A stretch of 64,000 bases of DNA from Chiloscyllium plagiosum. Taxonomy: Eukaryota. Below, in pieces: positions 37,644-49,470 of this stretch. The stretch is taken from positions 53,784,204 to 53,848,203 of the forward strand of contig NC_057719.1 of the NCBI RefSeq assembly GCF_004010195.1. Direction: 5' to 3'. Under the pieces are notes generated by a model that saw nothing but the letters and a program-made list of their open reading frames with translations, was not told where the DNA came from and searched no databases. How positions within the stretch are numbered: position 1 is the first letter of the stretch; each line of letters starts with the position of its first letter. The translations under genes were made by a program, and so were the position numbers.

Positions 37644-38016
37644 TACCTCATCCTGCTTTTCTCCTTTCTCTTGCAGATCTTTCATTATTGTTTGTAAGCT
37701 GAGAGAAGGTGTGATTTTCTTTTCAAATGTAAATTTATCCTGAGCTAGTTGTTCAGCATTTTTTCGTTAACTTTTCATTTTTTACACAGTAGTAGAAAGC
37801 TACTTTATCACCAAAAATTCAGAAGGATATGAAATGTTCTGTTCTTTTTTCATACTCCAGCCTTCACATGGCTTGAATATTCTGCTCCAGTTTCTATTGT
37901 GTTTCTAATGTCTGATTCCATAGGTTGTGACCCATTGAGGTCATTGACTGCTGGCTATAGCTGTAGTTGTTGCAATATTAAAGATTTAGAATATCTGGAC
38001 CGGATTGCATTTACAG

Positions 38017-38243
38017 ACAGAAGTGGGTACTGCAGCTGCTGGAGATTAGAGTCAAGATTAGAGTGGAGCTAGAAAAGCAAAGCAGGTCAGGCAGCATCCG
38101 AGGAGCAGGAAAATTGATATTTCAGGCAAAAGCCCTTCATCAGGAATGAATGCCTGATGAAGGGGTTTTTTCCAAAACGTCAATGTTCCTGTTCCTCAGG
38201 TGCTGCCTGACCTGCTGTGCTTTTCCAGCACCACTCTAATCTG
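38017..38243. mobile_element. Fold-back Penelope-like mini-element (family 1)
   Basis: Arms ~38055-38145 vs 38153-38242; CTGATGA cores in both polarities; degenerate TSD ATT(G/A)CA(T/C)TTACA. Confidence 0.87.
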
Positions 38244-38892
38244 AATTACACTTACACTCCAGTACTATTGATTCAGAAAATTGGATTGGTGAACAGTTGC
38301 ATGCTGAACATTTTATATTCATCAGTGACGCCTTTCCGTGTCTGTGGGTACATGTTTTGGAGAACTTGCAATGTTAGTAGGTAGGAATTATGGCCAGTAA
38401 CAAATAGTTCCCAGTTTTCTGAGGGCGAGTGATTTTGAATTTTTTGCCAACGTATCAGCTGGTGTGTTAACATTATTTTCACGAGAAGACAATGTGAAAC
38501 AACATTTTCATCATTCATTGTATCAACACATACATTGTCAGACTTCGGTTTGTTAATTATTTCATGTATCACCTCTGGTGGGATACAAGAATTTTTTTTT
38601 GAGGTGCATTAGATTTTGATTTGTACACTGCAGCTGTCAATGCTCTTTTCTGTCACATGCCTAAAAAATTGATTGAAAGCTCAGTATTTCGACCGTAGTA
38701 CCATAGGGTATAGGAACAGCATTAGATCATTCGGCCCACTGAGTCTGCTCCATCATTCGATCCACCAATTCCTTGATACATGCAGAAGATCACATCTTTC
38801 ATGAGTCTCGTTTTGTTTGGGTGTTCTCATGATTGTGTCAATTTTTGAGTATACACTTTGGACCTGTGAGCTTCATCAAACCTTGTTAGAAT

Positions 38893-39203
38893 ACTTAGAA
38901 TCCCAAAGTGTGTAAACAGGCCATTGGGCTCAACAAATCCACACCGACCCTCCGATGAGTAACCCACACAGACCCATTCCCCTACTACTCTACATTTACC
39001 CCTAACCTACACATCCCTGAATATTATGGGCAATTTAGCATGGCCAATTCATCTAATCCGCACATCTTTGGATTGTGGGAGGAAACAGCAGACACAGGGA
39101 GAATGTGCAAACTCCACACAGACCGTCACCCAAGGCTGGAATCGAACCTGGGTCCCTGGTGCTGCAAGGCAGCAGTGCTAACCACTGAGCCATCATGCCA
39201 CCC
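38893..39203 (-). mobile_element. HE1-like SINE
   Basis: Same family as 10706-11000, with A and B boxes on the minus strand. Confidence 0.88.
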
Positions 39204-39607
39204 CCACATGTGCATTATAGCAAAGCAACATGTGAGGATCATTGCACATATAGAACCTCGAGGAACTAGTGACTCATGGACCAAAGAAATAACTACTAGG
39301 CGGTACCCCAGCATGGTATACACAAAGCATGTGAAGCCCTTTAAATGTGTACTTTCGTAACTTTCAAGGAACATACACAGCCTCAGCCCACAACTCTCAT
39401 CCCATCTCCAAATTTTCATCTTGTTACTTCTTCCTTAAATGTAAAAGTTTCAACATACCTTGGCTGTTTGACCTTCTAAGTTCTGGTATCCATTTTACAA
39501 CTTTGATGTGCCTTAGGCTGATTTGTACGATAAGGGCACTTTATAAAGTACTGAAAATGTGTTGCTGGAAAAGCGCAGCAGGTCAGGCAGCATCCAAGGA
39601 ACAGGAG

Positions 39608-39643
39608 AATCGACGTTTCGGGCATAAGCCCTTCTTCAGGAAT
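39608..39643 (-). ncRNA. Minimal type-I hammerhead ribozyme motif, core intact (family 1)
   Basis: AUUC-CUGAAGA-A-GGGC-UUAU-GCCC-GAAA-CGUC-GAUU on the minus strand. Confidence 0.78.
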
Positions 39644-39679
39644 GAGGGAAGTGTGTCCAGCAGGCTAAGATAAAAGGTA

Positions 39680-39887
39680 GGGACCTTCCCCTGCAACCGC
39701 AACCGCAAGAAATGCAAAACTTGCGCCCACACCTCACCCCTTACTTCCCTCCAAGGCCTCAAGGGACACTTCCATATCCGCCACAAATTCACCTGCACCT
39801 CCACACACATCATCTATTGCATCCGCTGCACCCGATGTGGCCTCCTCTATATTGGGGAGACAGGCCGCCTACTTGCGGAACGGTTCA
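39680..39887 (+). pseudogene. PLE Cys-rich linker and GIY-YIG endonuclease fragment
   Basis: Translates as GTFPCNRNRKKCKTCAHTS...FTCTSTHIIYCIRCTRCGLLYIGETGRLLAERF; runs into the N gap. Confidence 0.9.
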
Positions 39888-40365
39888 NNNNNNNNNNNNN
39901 NNNNNNNNNNNNNNNNNNNNNNNNNNNNNNNNNNNNNNNNNNNNNNNNNNNNNNNNNNNNNNNNNNNNNNNNNNNNNNNNNNNNNNNNNNNNNNNNNNNN
40001 NNNNNNNNNNNNNNNNNNNNNNNNNNNNNNNNNNNNNNNNNNNNNNNNNNNNNNNNAGGCTGGAGTGGGGTGGGGGCGGAGAGGTCAGGAAGAAGATTGC
40101 AGGTTAGGAAGGCGGTGCTGAGTTCGAGGAATTTGACTGAGACAAGGTGGGGGGAGGGAAATGAGGAAATTGGAGAAATCTGAGTTCATCCCTTGTGGTT
40201 GGAGGGTTCCTAGGCGGAAGGTCTTCTTCCTGACCTTTCCGCCCCCACCCCACTCCGGCCTATCACCCTCACCTTGATCTCCTTCCACCTATCGCATTTC
40301 CAACACCCCTCCCCCAAGTCCCTCCTCCCTACCTTTTATCTTAGCCTGCTGGACACACTTTCCTC

Positions 40366-40401
40366 ATTCCTGAAGAAGGGCTTATGCCCGAAACGTCGAT
40401 T
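40366..40401 (+). ncRNA. Minimal type-I hammerhead ribozyme motif, core intact (family 1)
   Basis: CUGAAGA at 40370-40376, stem II GGGC/GCCC, GAAA at 40390-40393, ACGU palindrome; predicted cleavage after GUC at 40397. Confidence 0.78.
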
Positions 40402-41529
40402 CTCCTGTTCCTTGGATGCTGCCTGACCTGCTGCGCTTTTCCAGCAACACATTTTCAGCTCTGATCTCCAGCATCTGCAGTCCTCACTTTCTCCACTTTA
40501 TAAAGTAGACATATTCTGTCACCTGTGAATGTGAATCCACACATACTTTATTCAACATTGCTATGCAAAAAAAAACACTATTTGTGACAAGAAGCTGGTG
40601 GGACAAGCCAGTTACAGCTAGAGAGGGCAGAGCTAAGCCAAGTTACATGTCTGCTTTAAGAATCAGTATAAAGACATAGATATCCCATGTGGTTGCCACA
40701 GCACAGCCAGCCAAACAATACTTTCAGTCTTTTTACAAGAAAGTAATTTAAGTCACCATTTTTAGTCATGTTTAGTTGATGCATCAGTACTATTATGATA
40801 AAACACGCATTTGAAAAAAATGAAGTGTTTTGTACATTTGGACATTGTCCAGAGAGTTGGTACATGATTGTGTTGAATAAGATAGGAACCTAGCAGAGGA
40901 TGGGTATTAAAGGAACTGAGAAAGCACAGAAGGTAGTTTTTCAAGAAGTGCTAAAGAGCTTTGAGACATTCTCTTCATTACTTATTGATACGAAAGCTCC
41001 TTAAATGGTCATCTCCTCCACTAGTCACATACAATTGAGTATCTTTGTGGCTGGACTGGAGTTTATGAAGCAACAGCTCACAGTCTTTAACTTGTACTGC
41101 TCAATAATAAATTGTTTACCTTCTATAATTAAAGCAGAAATAATAGGGTCACTGTGTGTGTCAAAGCTTAGAGGCCCATAGCATATGGTCGTGATATCTT
41201 TAAGGCCGTATGTAATTGCACCACAGTACACCCCAATCAGTACAAACCCTTGGGCTTACATTTCTGATGCCTATGCTATCCCTTTGGTATCTCAGCTAAT
41301 GTATTATTTCAGATGGATTTATACTAAGGAACGATTCACCTCCAATTCACTGCAAAGGCAGAGAATCAAATCTAGCTACAATAATTTAAAAACTGCACTG
41401 AATTAAAGGGCTGCATGTTTTTCAGTTAATAGAGGCAGAGAACATATATCCTGAAGCATATAATTAATTTTCATTGCAAGGCAGAAAAAGGATGTTCAGA
41501 GAATTTCACATCTTACCAAAGACTTTGGC

Positions 41530-43430
41530 TAAATTTTGCCCTTAGCCACAAAGTAAGACGTGTAGTGTTTTGTTTGGAGGGTTTTTGCCACATGACCGAA
41601 AAGGTTTGCTTGTCATATCTTATCAAACTCACTCAATAACTACCTATTCTATCCGATAATATTCTTCATCAATGTTCCCTCGAAGTGTTATTACTGCTGT
41701 GTGGACCTCCCCTGGTAGGGGAAGAAGAGAGTAGAAGAGATTCCAGAAGTGGAAGTTAATGGATGTGGACCTTTAGCAGCTCTGCAGCTCAGAGGAAACA
41801 TTGCCCCTTGAGTCTAATTCCAGTCCACTTTACCATGCCTGGAAGAACTTGTCACTGTCAGGATATCCCTTGCATTGCAAACCTTCTTAGAAAGCCAGTT
41901 GTATAATTGGACCACCACATAAGAGACCCTAAATTGCCATAATAGAGCTGCCCTGCACAGCTCTTGACATTTGCCTTGGACATGACAGGGAGTGGGGAAT
42001 AAGTGCCACATTGTGTGACCAGGAACTGGGATAGTGCAGAGGTGGGCCTTCCTGTTCCCCCAGGATCAGCAGGGGAATCCATGACACCAGACTATACCAG
42101 TTCGTCCAAGGTTCTCATCCAAGTCAAAGCATTCTCACCTGCTGAAATATACCTAAAAATGTAGGAGGAACGTTGATGTCCTTCTCCACTCGGCCAACAT
42201 AAGTACTGCCTACTTCTCTTTAATACCTCACATTCACTCCATCTCCAACACTCCATCCACTCCCTGTCAATGCTCATGCTCTATCACGATCTTACTAGTG
42301 CCTGCAACAGCTTCCCTACTTGGTCTCACCCAATCCCTGCATGACCTCTGCACTGCCTACTCACTCACTCAGGACATCACACCACTTTGATGGAAAGTAA
42401 CTGTTAAACCACCCTCTTTTATTACACGCAATTCTTGCCAATCTCTTATTTTATGAGGAAAACAACCCACAATAGAACAGAAAACATTGAGGTGGGTGGT
42501 GGACTGCCCAATATTTGGTTCCTCATCCTTTATTTAGACAGCATCTTTACCTTGAGTGGCTGGCTGGCCATGTCCAAGTCCCTGGACTAGTATTGGAGGC
42601 TGCCCTTGTCTCAATGTGCTGGAAACCCTTGAACATATGCTATTCCTTTGGACTTTGAGGCCTTCTGGTGACCATGACAAGCTTCCTGGCTTTGTTTCAA
42701 CAAAAAGTGGTATAACAAAACAGAAGTAATTTGAACCTAGTAGCTCTGGTTGAGAAGGAAATGTACCTAATGACAAAGTAATACAAGGCAGGGATGCTCT
42801 GTCCATCCAGATGTGCTTTGAGTGAACAAACACTATGACAGCAAGTGGAGGCCGTGGTGATACAGCCTGGCCCAGTCAATGAGCTGGATATATGTCCCTG
42901 AATACAGTGCCCTTACTGTAGCATTACAGTGATACCTGTCCAAGCTACAGCATTAAAGTGCAGAAGCACCCTGTAAATGGATCAGGGTTGTGGCATTAGG
43001 GTTTTCTAGATGCTGACGTATATCTGATGCCAATGATCGTGGAGGTGGAGTGCATGAAGTTGGTGCCAAAGGAGTATGCCTTGCGATGTTGGTGAGCAGG
43101 GTTCAACATGGAGGTCTTTTAAGTGCAAGCAGCAATTGAATTAAAGTTAGGCACGCGTTGTGATTTTCATATCAATCATTCTCAAAGTCTACCTGTTTGT
43201 TAGGTTTTTAGTAGGTTAGGAAGCTGAATATTAATGACGCGAGTTGAGCCATTAACAAGGTGCTTAACAAGCCATAATCTCCCTGGTGAACAATTTATAA
43301 CACTGCTTATGAAAAGCATTAAAAAAACGTGAAATGCTTACGATGGCAAGGTAGCCCTGGCTGCTGGATTTCTTGTCCAATTCTGCCACAAGTCTCACCA
43401 TAGCCCACATTGTTTATACCTCTAAGATCC
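41530..43430. mobile_element. Very old PIF/Harbinger-like relic (tentative)
   Basis: GC-richer island with remnants resembling Myb/SANT-like and nuclease ORFs; no clean motif recovered. Confidence 0.3.
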
Positions 43431-43434
43431 CACC

Positions 43435-43900
43435 CATAAGTTTTGATGCTATGTTGGAAATCATGTCAGTAGAGATTATATTATGAGGAAATGTTGGACA
43501 AGATCAGCTGATACAGGTTGAAGTTTAGAAGAATAAGCCCTTCTAAATAACCTCATTGAAACATAGGAAACCTTAAATAGTCCTAATAGAGTAGCAAGTG
43601 AAGAGGATATTTCCTCTAATGGGAGAATCTAGAACGAGAGGTCACTGTTCAAAAATAAGGGATTGCTGATTTAAAACAGAAACAAGACTGCTTTCTTTTA
43701 TTACAGAGAGTCATGAGAAAGGTGGTGGAAGTGGAATCTGCATATTTTTTGAGATAGAAGGGGATGGATTATTGATAAGTGAGGTGGTAAAGGTTTTCAG
43801 AGGTGGGTGAGAATGTGGATTTGAGATAACAATCTGATCTGCCATAATTGTACAGTGAGACAGGCTCAAGGGGCTGATTGGCCTACTTGTAATCCATGTT
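43435..43900 (+). mobile_element. Old CR1 3' end
   Basis: TATTATGAGGAAATGTTGGACAAG...GGGAGAATCTAGAACGAGAGGTCAC...CAGGCTCAAGGGGCTGATTGGCCTACT. Confidence 0.7.
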
Positions 43901-44289
43901 CATATAAAGAAAGACAGAGCCAGATTAATTGCAGATAGAGAAAAAGATTTACCAGAAGAAAAATCCTGTCCACTGGAGAGAAGAGATTCAACTGGTCAGT
44001 ATCACTTCACTGACCCAAATAATGGCTACTCAATACAAGCAACATTTTAATGATCATACCAGAATGACCAGCAGAAGTATGAGCATCAGTGTAAGTGCAG
44101 ACATAATGGTGAAACCATGACATAATTCTGTACCAACCAGAAACACAATGTAAAATTGTGAGTGAAACAGGAATAAACCAAAGGAAGCTTCATAAAGTAA
44201 GCTCTTGCCATCATCAATCTGTCTATCCTCATGGACCCATTCTCCCAGATAGTTTCTCCAGAGGCTGAGTAAATAGTATAGTGATGCAG

Positions 44290-44685
44290 CAAAGTTAAAA
44301 ATCACACCACACCAGGTTATAGTCCAACAGGTTTAATTGGAAGCACTAGCTTTCGGAGCGACACTCCTTCATCCGGTGGTTGTGGAGGACATAATTGTAA
44401 GATACAGAATTTATAGCAAACGTTGACAGTGTGATGTAACTGAAATTATACATTGAAAAATCCCCTGATTGTTTGTTGAGTCTTTCATCTGTTAGAATAC
44501 AATGATAGTTTCACTTCTTTGATATGTAAATCACAAAACTTTATTTTAAAAGTTACATTCTCAGGTTAACTATAACAATTGGTGTCAGCCAGATACTGTG
44601 TTGAAGGTGTTAGCCCCCTATGTTTCCTGTCTGTGCTATACTGTTTAGACTGCTTCTAATCTAAAAAGTGAGATAACAGAGTCTT
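44290..44685 (-). mobile_element. Penelope-like terminal fragment (family 2)
   Basis: Matches the reverse complement of 57290-57670; hammerhead at ~44344-44378 with a U4>G core mutation (CGGAUGA). Confidence 0.85.
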
Positions 44686-45248
44686 GAAAAGGCTCAGTTT
44701 TGCTGTGGCTTCATTGTTGCATCTCGAGAATCTGATAGCCTCTTCCTTGAATCTTTGTACAATTAACCTTAGATATTTTCAGCTTCAAACAACACTTGTG
44801 GGGTTTTAACCAAACATTTCTAGTCTGAAACGTTTTACCTGTATATAAAGAGTTTAGTTTTCGTTCTAAATTATTTTCCTTCTTTAGAAGCAACCTTTTA
44901 TATACATCTAGCTTCAACCAAGACTTTCACTAAACTACAAACTGAACTCCAAAGTTTTATTTTTAACAAGCTATAGCATTTCATTTAATCAAAAGGATTA
45001 AAAAAACTCTGATCTTCTGAACTGAAAGCCTGATGCACAACTATTAATTTTATTTACTTGTACAATATAACCCAATGAAAACAAAATGATTACACAGCAG
45101 GAATTCCCTTTTTCATATTGTGTTAAAATAAATCACCATGGTTACAGAAATACTTGCAATGTAATCAGTAAACCACTTCAGATACATTGACCAAAAGCCA
45201 CATGCCATTCTCTCAAATCTAAATTCTAAAATAAATAAATTAAAATAG

Positions 45249-45945
45249 TGATATGAAGGTGTAGAAGTGTACTGTACCTTTAAGAGAGTGAAGGACTTGG
45301 CAAGCACACCTAGTGCTGGAGACTTTAAAATGTAACATTTGGTTCTGAACAGACAGCACTGGCTGAGTTGCTATGAGACAAAAACAAATTCGAATTTGGC
45401 CAATCAGTTTAAATTATACCCCAAAAATACTAAACTCCAATCCAGTTTGAATTGAGTATATTGACAATCTTAAAAGCCAATGACACAATCCGATGTTTTG
45501 GGGTATAAGACTGGGAAAAAGTGAATAGTTGAGAAGACAACTGCTAAGCTACTAGCATGCAAAGACTGCTTGAAAAATAGTTCTCTTAAAAGGTACCTTT
45601 ATCGATCAGTAACCTGTGAAACAGAATCCCCAAGAAGAAAAGAAGACCAGAATACAGAGAAGATCCGAAAGCTGCCTGGTTTTGAGATAAGAAGTTTTGT
45701 TTATAAATCTTAATCGAGAGGCTTTCTTGGACCAGTATTGTAGAAAGTGAAGGTAAAAGATAGGTTAGAGGAAGGAGTGCAAATAGTTGTGAGTTAATTA
45801 TTCTCTATTATATTTTAAGAAATAAAGTTGTTAATTTTTACTTTGAATAGCTCTTGACCTCTGGAAATTTCACAGATTACTGCACAGGATAATTTTTTTT
45901 TGTGCTGCTGGGTTAATTGAGCAGGAAGGTTTACCCTGTGTCATA
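45249..45945 (+). mobile_element. Solo LTR related to the Gmr1-like LTR at 24023-24726
   Basis: TGATATGAAGGTGT...GTACTGTACCTTTAAGAGAG start and collinear match to the reverse complement of 24023-24726; 3' end slightly eroded. Confidence 0.85.
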
Positions 45946-46224
45946 GATATAAATCTCCCAATTTGCACCCTTTTCATTATATGACGTAAGCTCTTGGAAA
46001 CTGGAGTTAGCCTTTAACAACGCTTCAATAATTTAGTATTGGACTGGGGAAAAAAATGGAAATGTAGGCACCAAACAAGGGAACACACCCATTCACTAAT
46101 TAATATATGTAAGCCTTCCTGAAAACATTTAAATGAGGGGAAATAGATAGTTCCCAAAATTATGAATGTTACTGGGTGTTCCAAAGGAATGTTTTTTCAA
46201 GTCAGTAGCAATCGGGTTAAGAAA

Positions 46225-46752
46225 TAGAGTCTCATAGAGTCATAGAGATGTATAGAATGGAAATAGACCCTTCGGTCCAGCTCGTCCATGCCGACCAGAT
46301 ATCCCAACCCAATCGAGTCCCACCTGCCAGCAGCCAGCACATCTTCCCCCAAACCCTTCCTATTCATATACCCATCCAGATGCCTTTTAAATGTTGTTAT
46401 TGTACTAGCCTCCACCACTTCCTCTGGCAGCTCATTCCAAACACGTACCACACTCTGCGTGAAAACATTGCCCCTTAAGTCTCTTTTACATCTTTCCCCT
46501 CTTACCCTAAACCTATGCCCTCTAGTTCTGCACTCACTCACCCCAGGAAAAGACTTTGTTTATTTATCCTATCCATGCCCATCATGATTTTATAAACCTC
46601 TGTAGGGTCACCCCTCAGTGTCCGACACTCCAGGGAAAACAGCCCCAGCCTGTTCAGCCTCTCCCTATAGCTCAAATCCTCCAACCCTGGTAAACATCCT
46701 TGTAAATCTTTTCTGAACCCTTTCAAGTTTCACAACATCCCTCCAATAGGGA
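46225..46752 (-). mobile_element. CR1 LINE 3' fragment
   Basis: Reverse tail CATAGAGTCATAGAG; LPGLEDLSYRERLNRLGLFSLE. Confidence 0.92.
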
Positions 46753-48261
46753 GGTTTGAACATAATTACATTTGTATCAGAGAAGATACAAATGCCAGCT
46801 TTTCAAGATACCTCATCCATCCCAAGTAGTATAAATATTAAAAAATAATCAGTAACAACGGTTACACCCACATTTTTAATTTTAAATATAATGTTATGTA
46901 TTATTCTAGAAGTATTGTTATCCACAATGGGTGGCAGATTTCCAAAATGTTATTGCTAATTGCGTATCATTTTCCTGCATTAACGTGACTTTATGGATTT
47001 TGAAGTGTGATTAAAATCTCCTCCGATTATTTACACTATTTGAATTTTGTGTATATGTTGGAAATCAGTCCAAAAGAGCTGACATCATCACAGAAATGAT
47101 GTACATATGTACAAAGACCCTGTTTTAGTTGCAAATTGATTTCAGAAAATAAATCATTTGTTCTTTACAAATTAGCTGTCTACAGTAGCTTTTTTTGTTA
47201 CTCAAGAGCAGGAATGGCACTCAAGGCTAATCCCTTTTAGAGACAATTACTTTCATCTGTAAACTAATAATTAAGAAGTTATAAGAGTAGGGTAAGACTT
47301 CACTGCCATAAATAGATCATGGACCATTCATCACACTGTAACATCACACATTAGCAAATCGTGGCACAAACCATAAGGCAAGGTTACAGGCAAGAAGGTA
47401 GTTATTACTTCACAACTCTTGAATGTCCACATTATTTTACCTTTTTGACTTTTTGACTTTTTTCCAAATTAATTATAAGAAACATAGTATTAATCAGTAA
47501 TACCATTTGTCCTTAAATGAATGTTTGCTTGAGTTTCACTCAAACTTAGAAGTGCATTTTTTAAAAACATTACAGCAGCTTTGAAAGTTAGGCATTATTG
47601 TGGTACTTGTGTAACACTTTGGGGTCAAGAGTTGAAGTTCTTCATGCTTCATTAAATTCTTGGTAGATGACAAATCTGACATGGATCAAAGCAAATTCAT
47701 TCAGAGGTGATAAATGTCATTACGATGTGATCTGGAAAGGAAATTTTGACTGTGCATAGTTATATCAACAATGAACTTAAAATGTCATTGGTTTCTCATA
47801 AAGCATTTTAATGAAAGAGAAGATTATTGAGTCTGTGTTATTTAGCTATTGTGAATTTGTGCAAGATTTTTTGATTAGGCAGCATACACCGAGTGATCTT
47901 GCAGATTGGAGGATAAATTATGACAGGAGCCTAAACTTTTAGTGCTCCATTTCATTACACTTAGAATGTATTATAGAAATGGTGAGATATTTCTCATCTG
48001 AGTTTGAATCAATAGCAACACTATCAACCCATTTTTGTAATCAATATATTTATGACAATGAGTTGTTATGCATGCTCCTGAAAGTTTGGAGAATGATGAA
48101 TAGGCACAGTCAAGGTGCCACACCTGCTAATAGTCACCCATCATAATTGAAGACCCTGACACAGTGCTGGGCAGGACTACTTCTGACGGCTTAGGTTTTG
48201 TCCAGAAGCAGGGCTAGATTTGTGCTCGTGGACTGCAAGGGGACCAGTAGACAACCTTGAG

Positions 48262-48397
48262 CAAATAAAACCCAAAGAATTGCAAATTCTGGAAATCAGA
48301 AAGAAAAATTGAAATTGCAATAGAACTCTGCAGATCTGCCTGAATCTGTGGAGACAAAATAGAGTTAATGTTTTGGTCCAGCAACCTTTCTTCAGAC
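48262..48397 (-). mobile_element. Old Penelope-like terminal fragment with decayed hammerhead
   Basis: Minus strand CUGAAGA-AAGGUUGCUGGACC-AAAA-CAUU-AAC followed by a family-1-like tail. Confidence 0.6.
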
Positions 48398-48646
48398 AAT
48401 CTTGAGCACTGCATTGAAATGCCAGTGACAATTAAACCTGACTTGATTCAGGTTAATGTAGAATATGTTATTGCCAAGCTTACACCAAGGTGAGTAAACA
48501 TTAACAGGCTTTAGTAAACATAACTATACACAAGGAATGGCGAGAAAGATTTGGTTTGAATTCCTGAAGATTCCAATTCTATTTGAACTGATGTTAAGGT
48601 GATATAGGTCTTTTCACATGTGCTTTGTGGCTATTCTTGAGTAAAG

Positions 48647-48862
48647 TTAAAAATCACACAACACCAGGTTAGAGTCCGACATGTTTAATTGGAAGCACAC
48701 TAACTTTCGGAGCTCTGCTCCCTCATCAGGTGGTTGAGCAACCACCTGATGAAGGAGTGTCGCTCCGAAAGCTGGTGTGCTTCCAATTAAACCTGTTGGA
48801 CTATAACCTGGTGTTGTGTGATTTTTAACTTTGTACACCCCAGTCCAACACTGGCATCTCCA
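48647..48862. mobile_element. Fold-back Penelope-like mini-element (family 2) with hammerheads in both polarities
   Basis: Arms 48643-48736 vs 48739-48832; 14 bp TSD ATTCTTGAGTAAAG at 48633-48646 and 48863-48876. Confidence 0.92.
48698..48732 (-). ncRNA. Minimal type-I hammerhead ribozyme motif (family 2)
   Basis: CAC-CUGAUGA-G-GGAGC-AGA-GCUCC-GAAA-GUUA-GUG; stem I CAC/GUG. Confidence 0.75.
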
Positions 48863-49025
48863 ATTCTTGAGTAAAGGTATAGTTAACACTTCACTCATGC
48901 CTCACTCCAAGATATCACCTTTATTGATTATTTATTTATACTTTTGCCACACCTCACTCACCTCTCTCTCCCTGAAAGTGTTTTATCAGGAAAATCTGTG
49001 GAATAGTCTCGAGAGTTCAAGGGCT

Positions 49026-49221
49026 TCAAAGTTTGGGAGAAGATTTGTAGCTCAGTTTCAGGAACTGACAACCGGAAGCGGCAGATACAAATCACTATAA
49101 ATGCTGGAGGAAACATCACAGAAGTGTTTCACAGGACGCTCCCAAGCACTGAGGATGTCACCTAGACAGGGGACAAAATGTCTGCAACACAAATTCCCAG
49201 CTCGGTGAACAGATCCACAAC
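49026..49221 (+). mobile_element. Penelope-like terminal fragment (family 3) with CpG-decayed hammerhead
   Basis: 12 bp perfect TSD AGTTCAAGGGCT at 49014-49025 and 49222-49233; motif at 49146-49185. Confidence 0.8.
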
Positions 49222-49269
49222 AGTTCAAGGGCTATCCATGCCAAATTGCTTCTGTAAGGATGCTCAGCC

Positions 49270-49470
49270 TGTGATGATGCTGTGGTACGTTTTGTCCTGT
49301 TTCTTTTAGTGAGAGAGATTAAGGGACGGGTGACAAGCAGTCTAGGGGAAGATAAACAAGTTGTGAAGCCTTGGGTTTTTTTTTATAAAGGTTGGAACAA
49401 TAGAAGCAGCCTGAATGGGTGTGATCAAACTCTCACCCACAAAACCAGGGATCTCAGGTTTAGCTTTCAG
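49270..49470 (+). mobile_element. Truncated LTR related to 34014-34652
   Basis: Collinear with the reverse complement of 34460-34652 (GCCTTGGG...TGGAACAATAGAAGCAG..TGAATGGGTG...ACCAGGG). Confidence 0.7.

Larger units (their letters stand above)
37030..38640 (-). pseudogene. Decayed coiled-coil protein-coding relic, tentatively CAGE1-like
   Basis: Minus-strand frames LQTIMKDLQEKGEKQDE, FESNDALMKD...LENKKSELQ*KIE and L*NKLEAFKELNNKCQDNV...SVANLE*HLAISHQDKQLLRQQLQSLKERLD; stops TAG/TGA fit C>T decay of CAG/CGA; interrupted by two PLE insertions. The identity is from recall only. Confidence 0.4.
39551..40493 (+). mobile_element. Penelope-like element (Neptune-type), 5'-truncated with inverted termini and GIY-YIG fragment
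   Basis: 14 bp perfect TSD CACTTTATAAAGTA (39537-39550, 40494-40507); 39551-39682 is an inverted copy of 40327-40458; internal inversion at 40057-40220. Confidence 0.93.
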
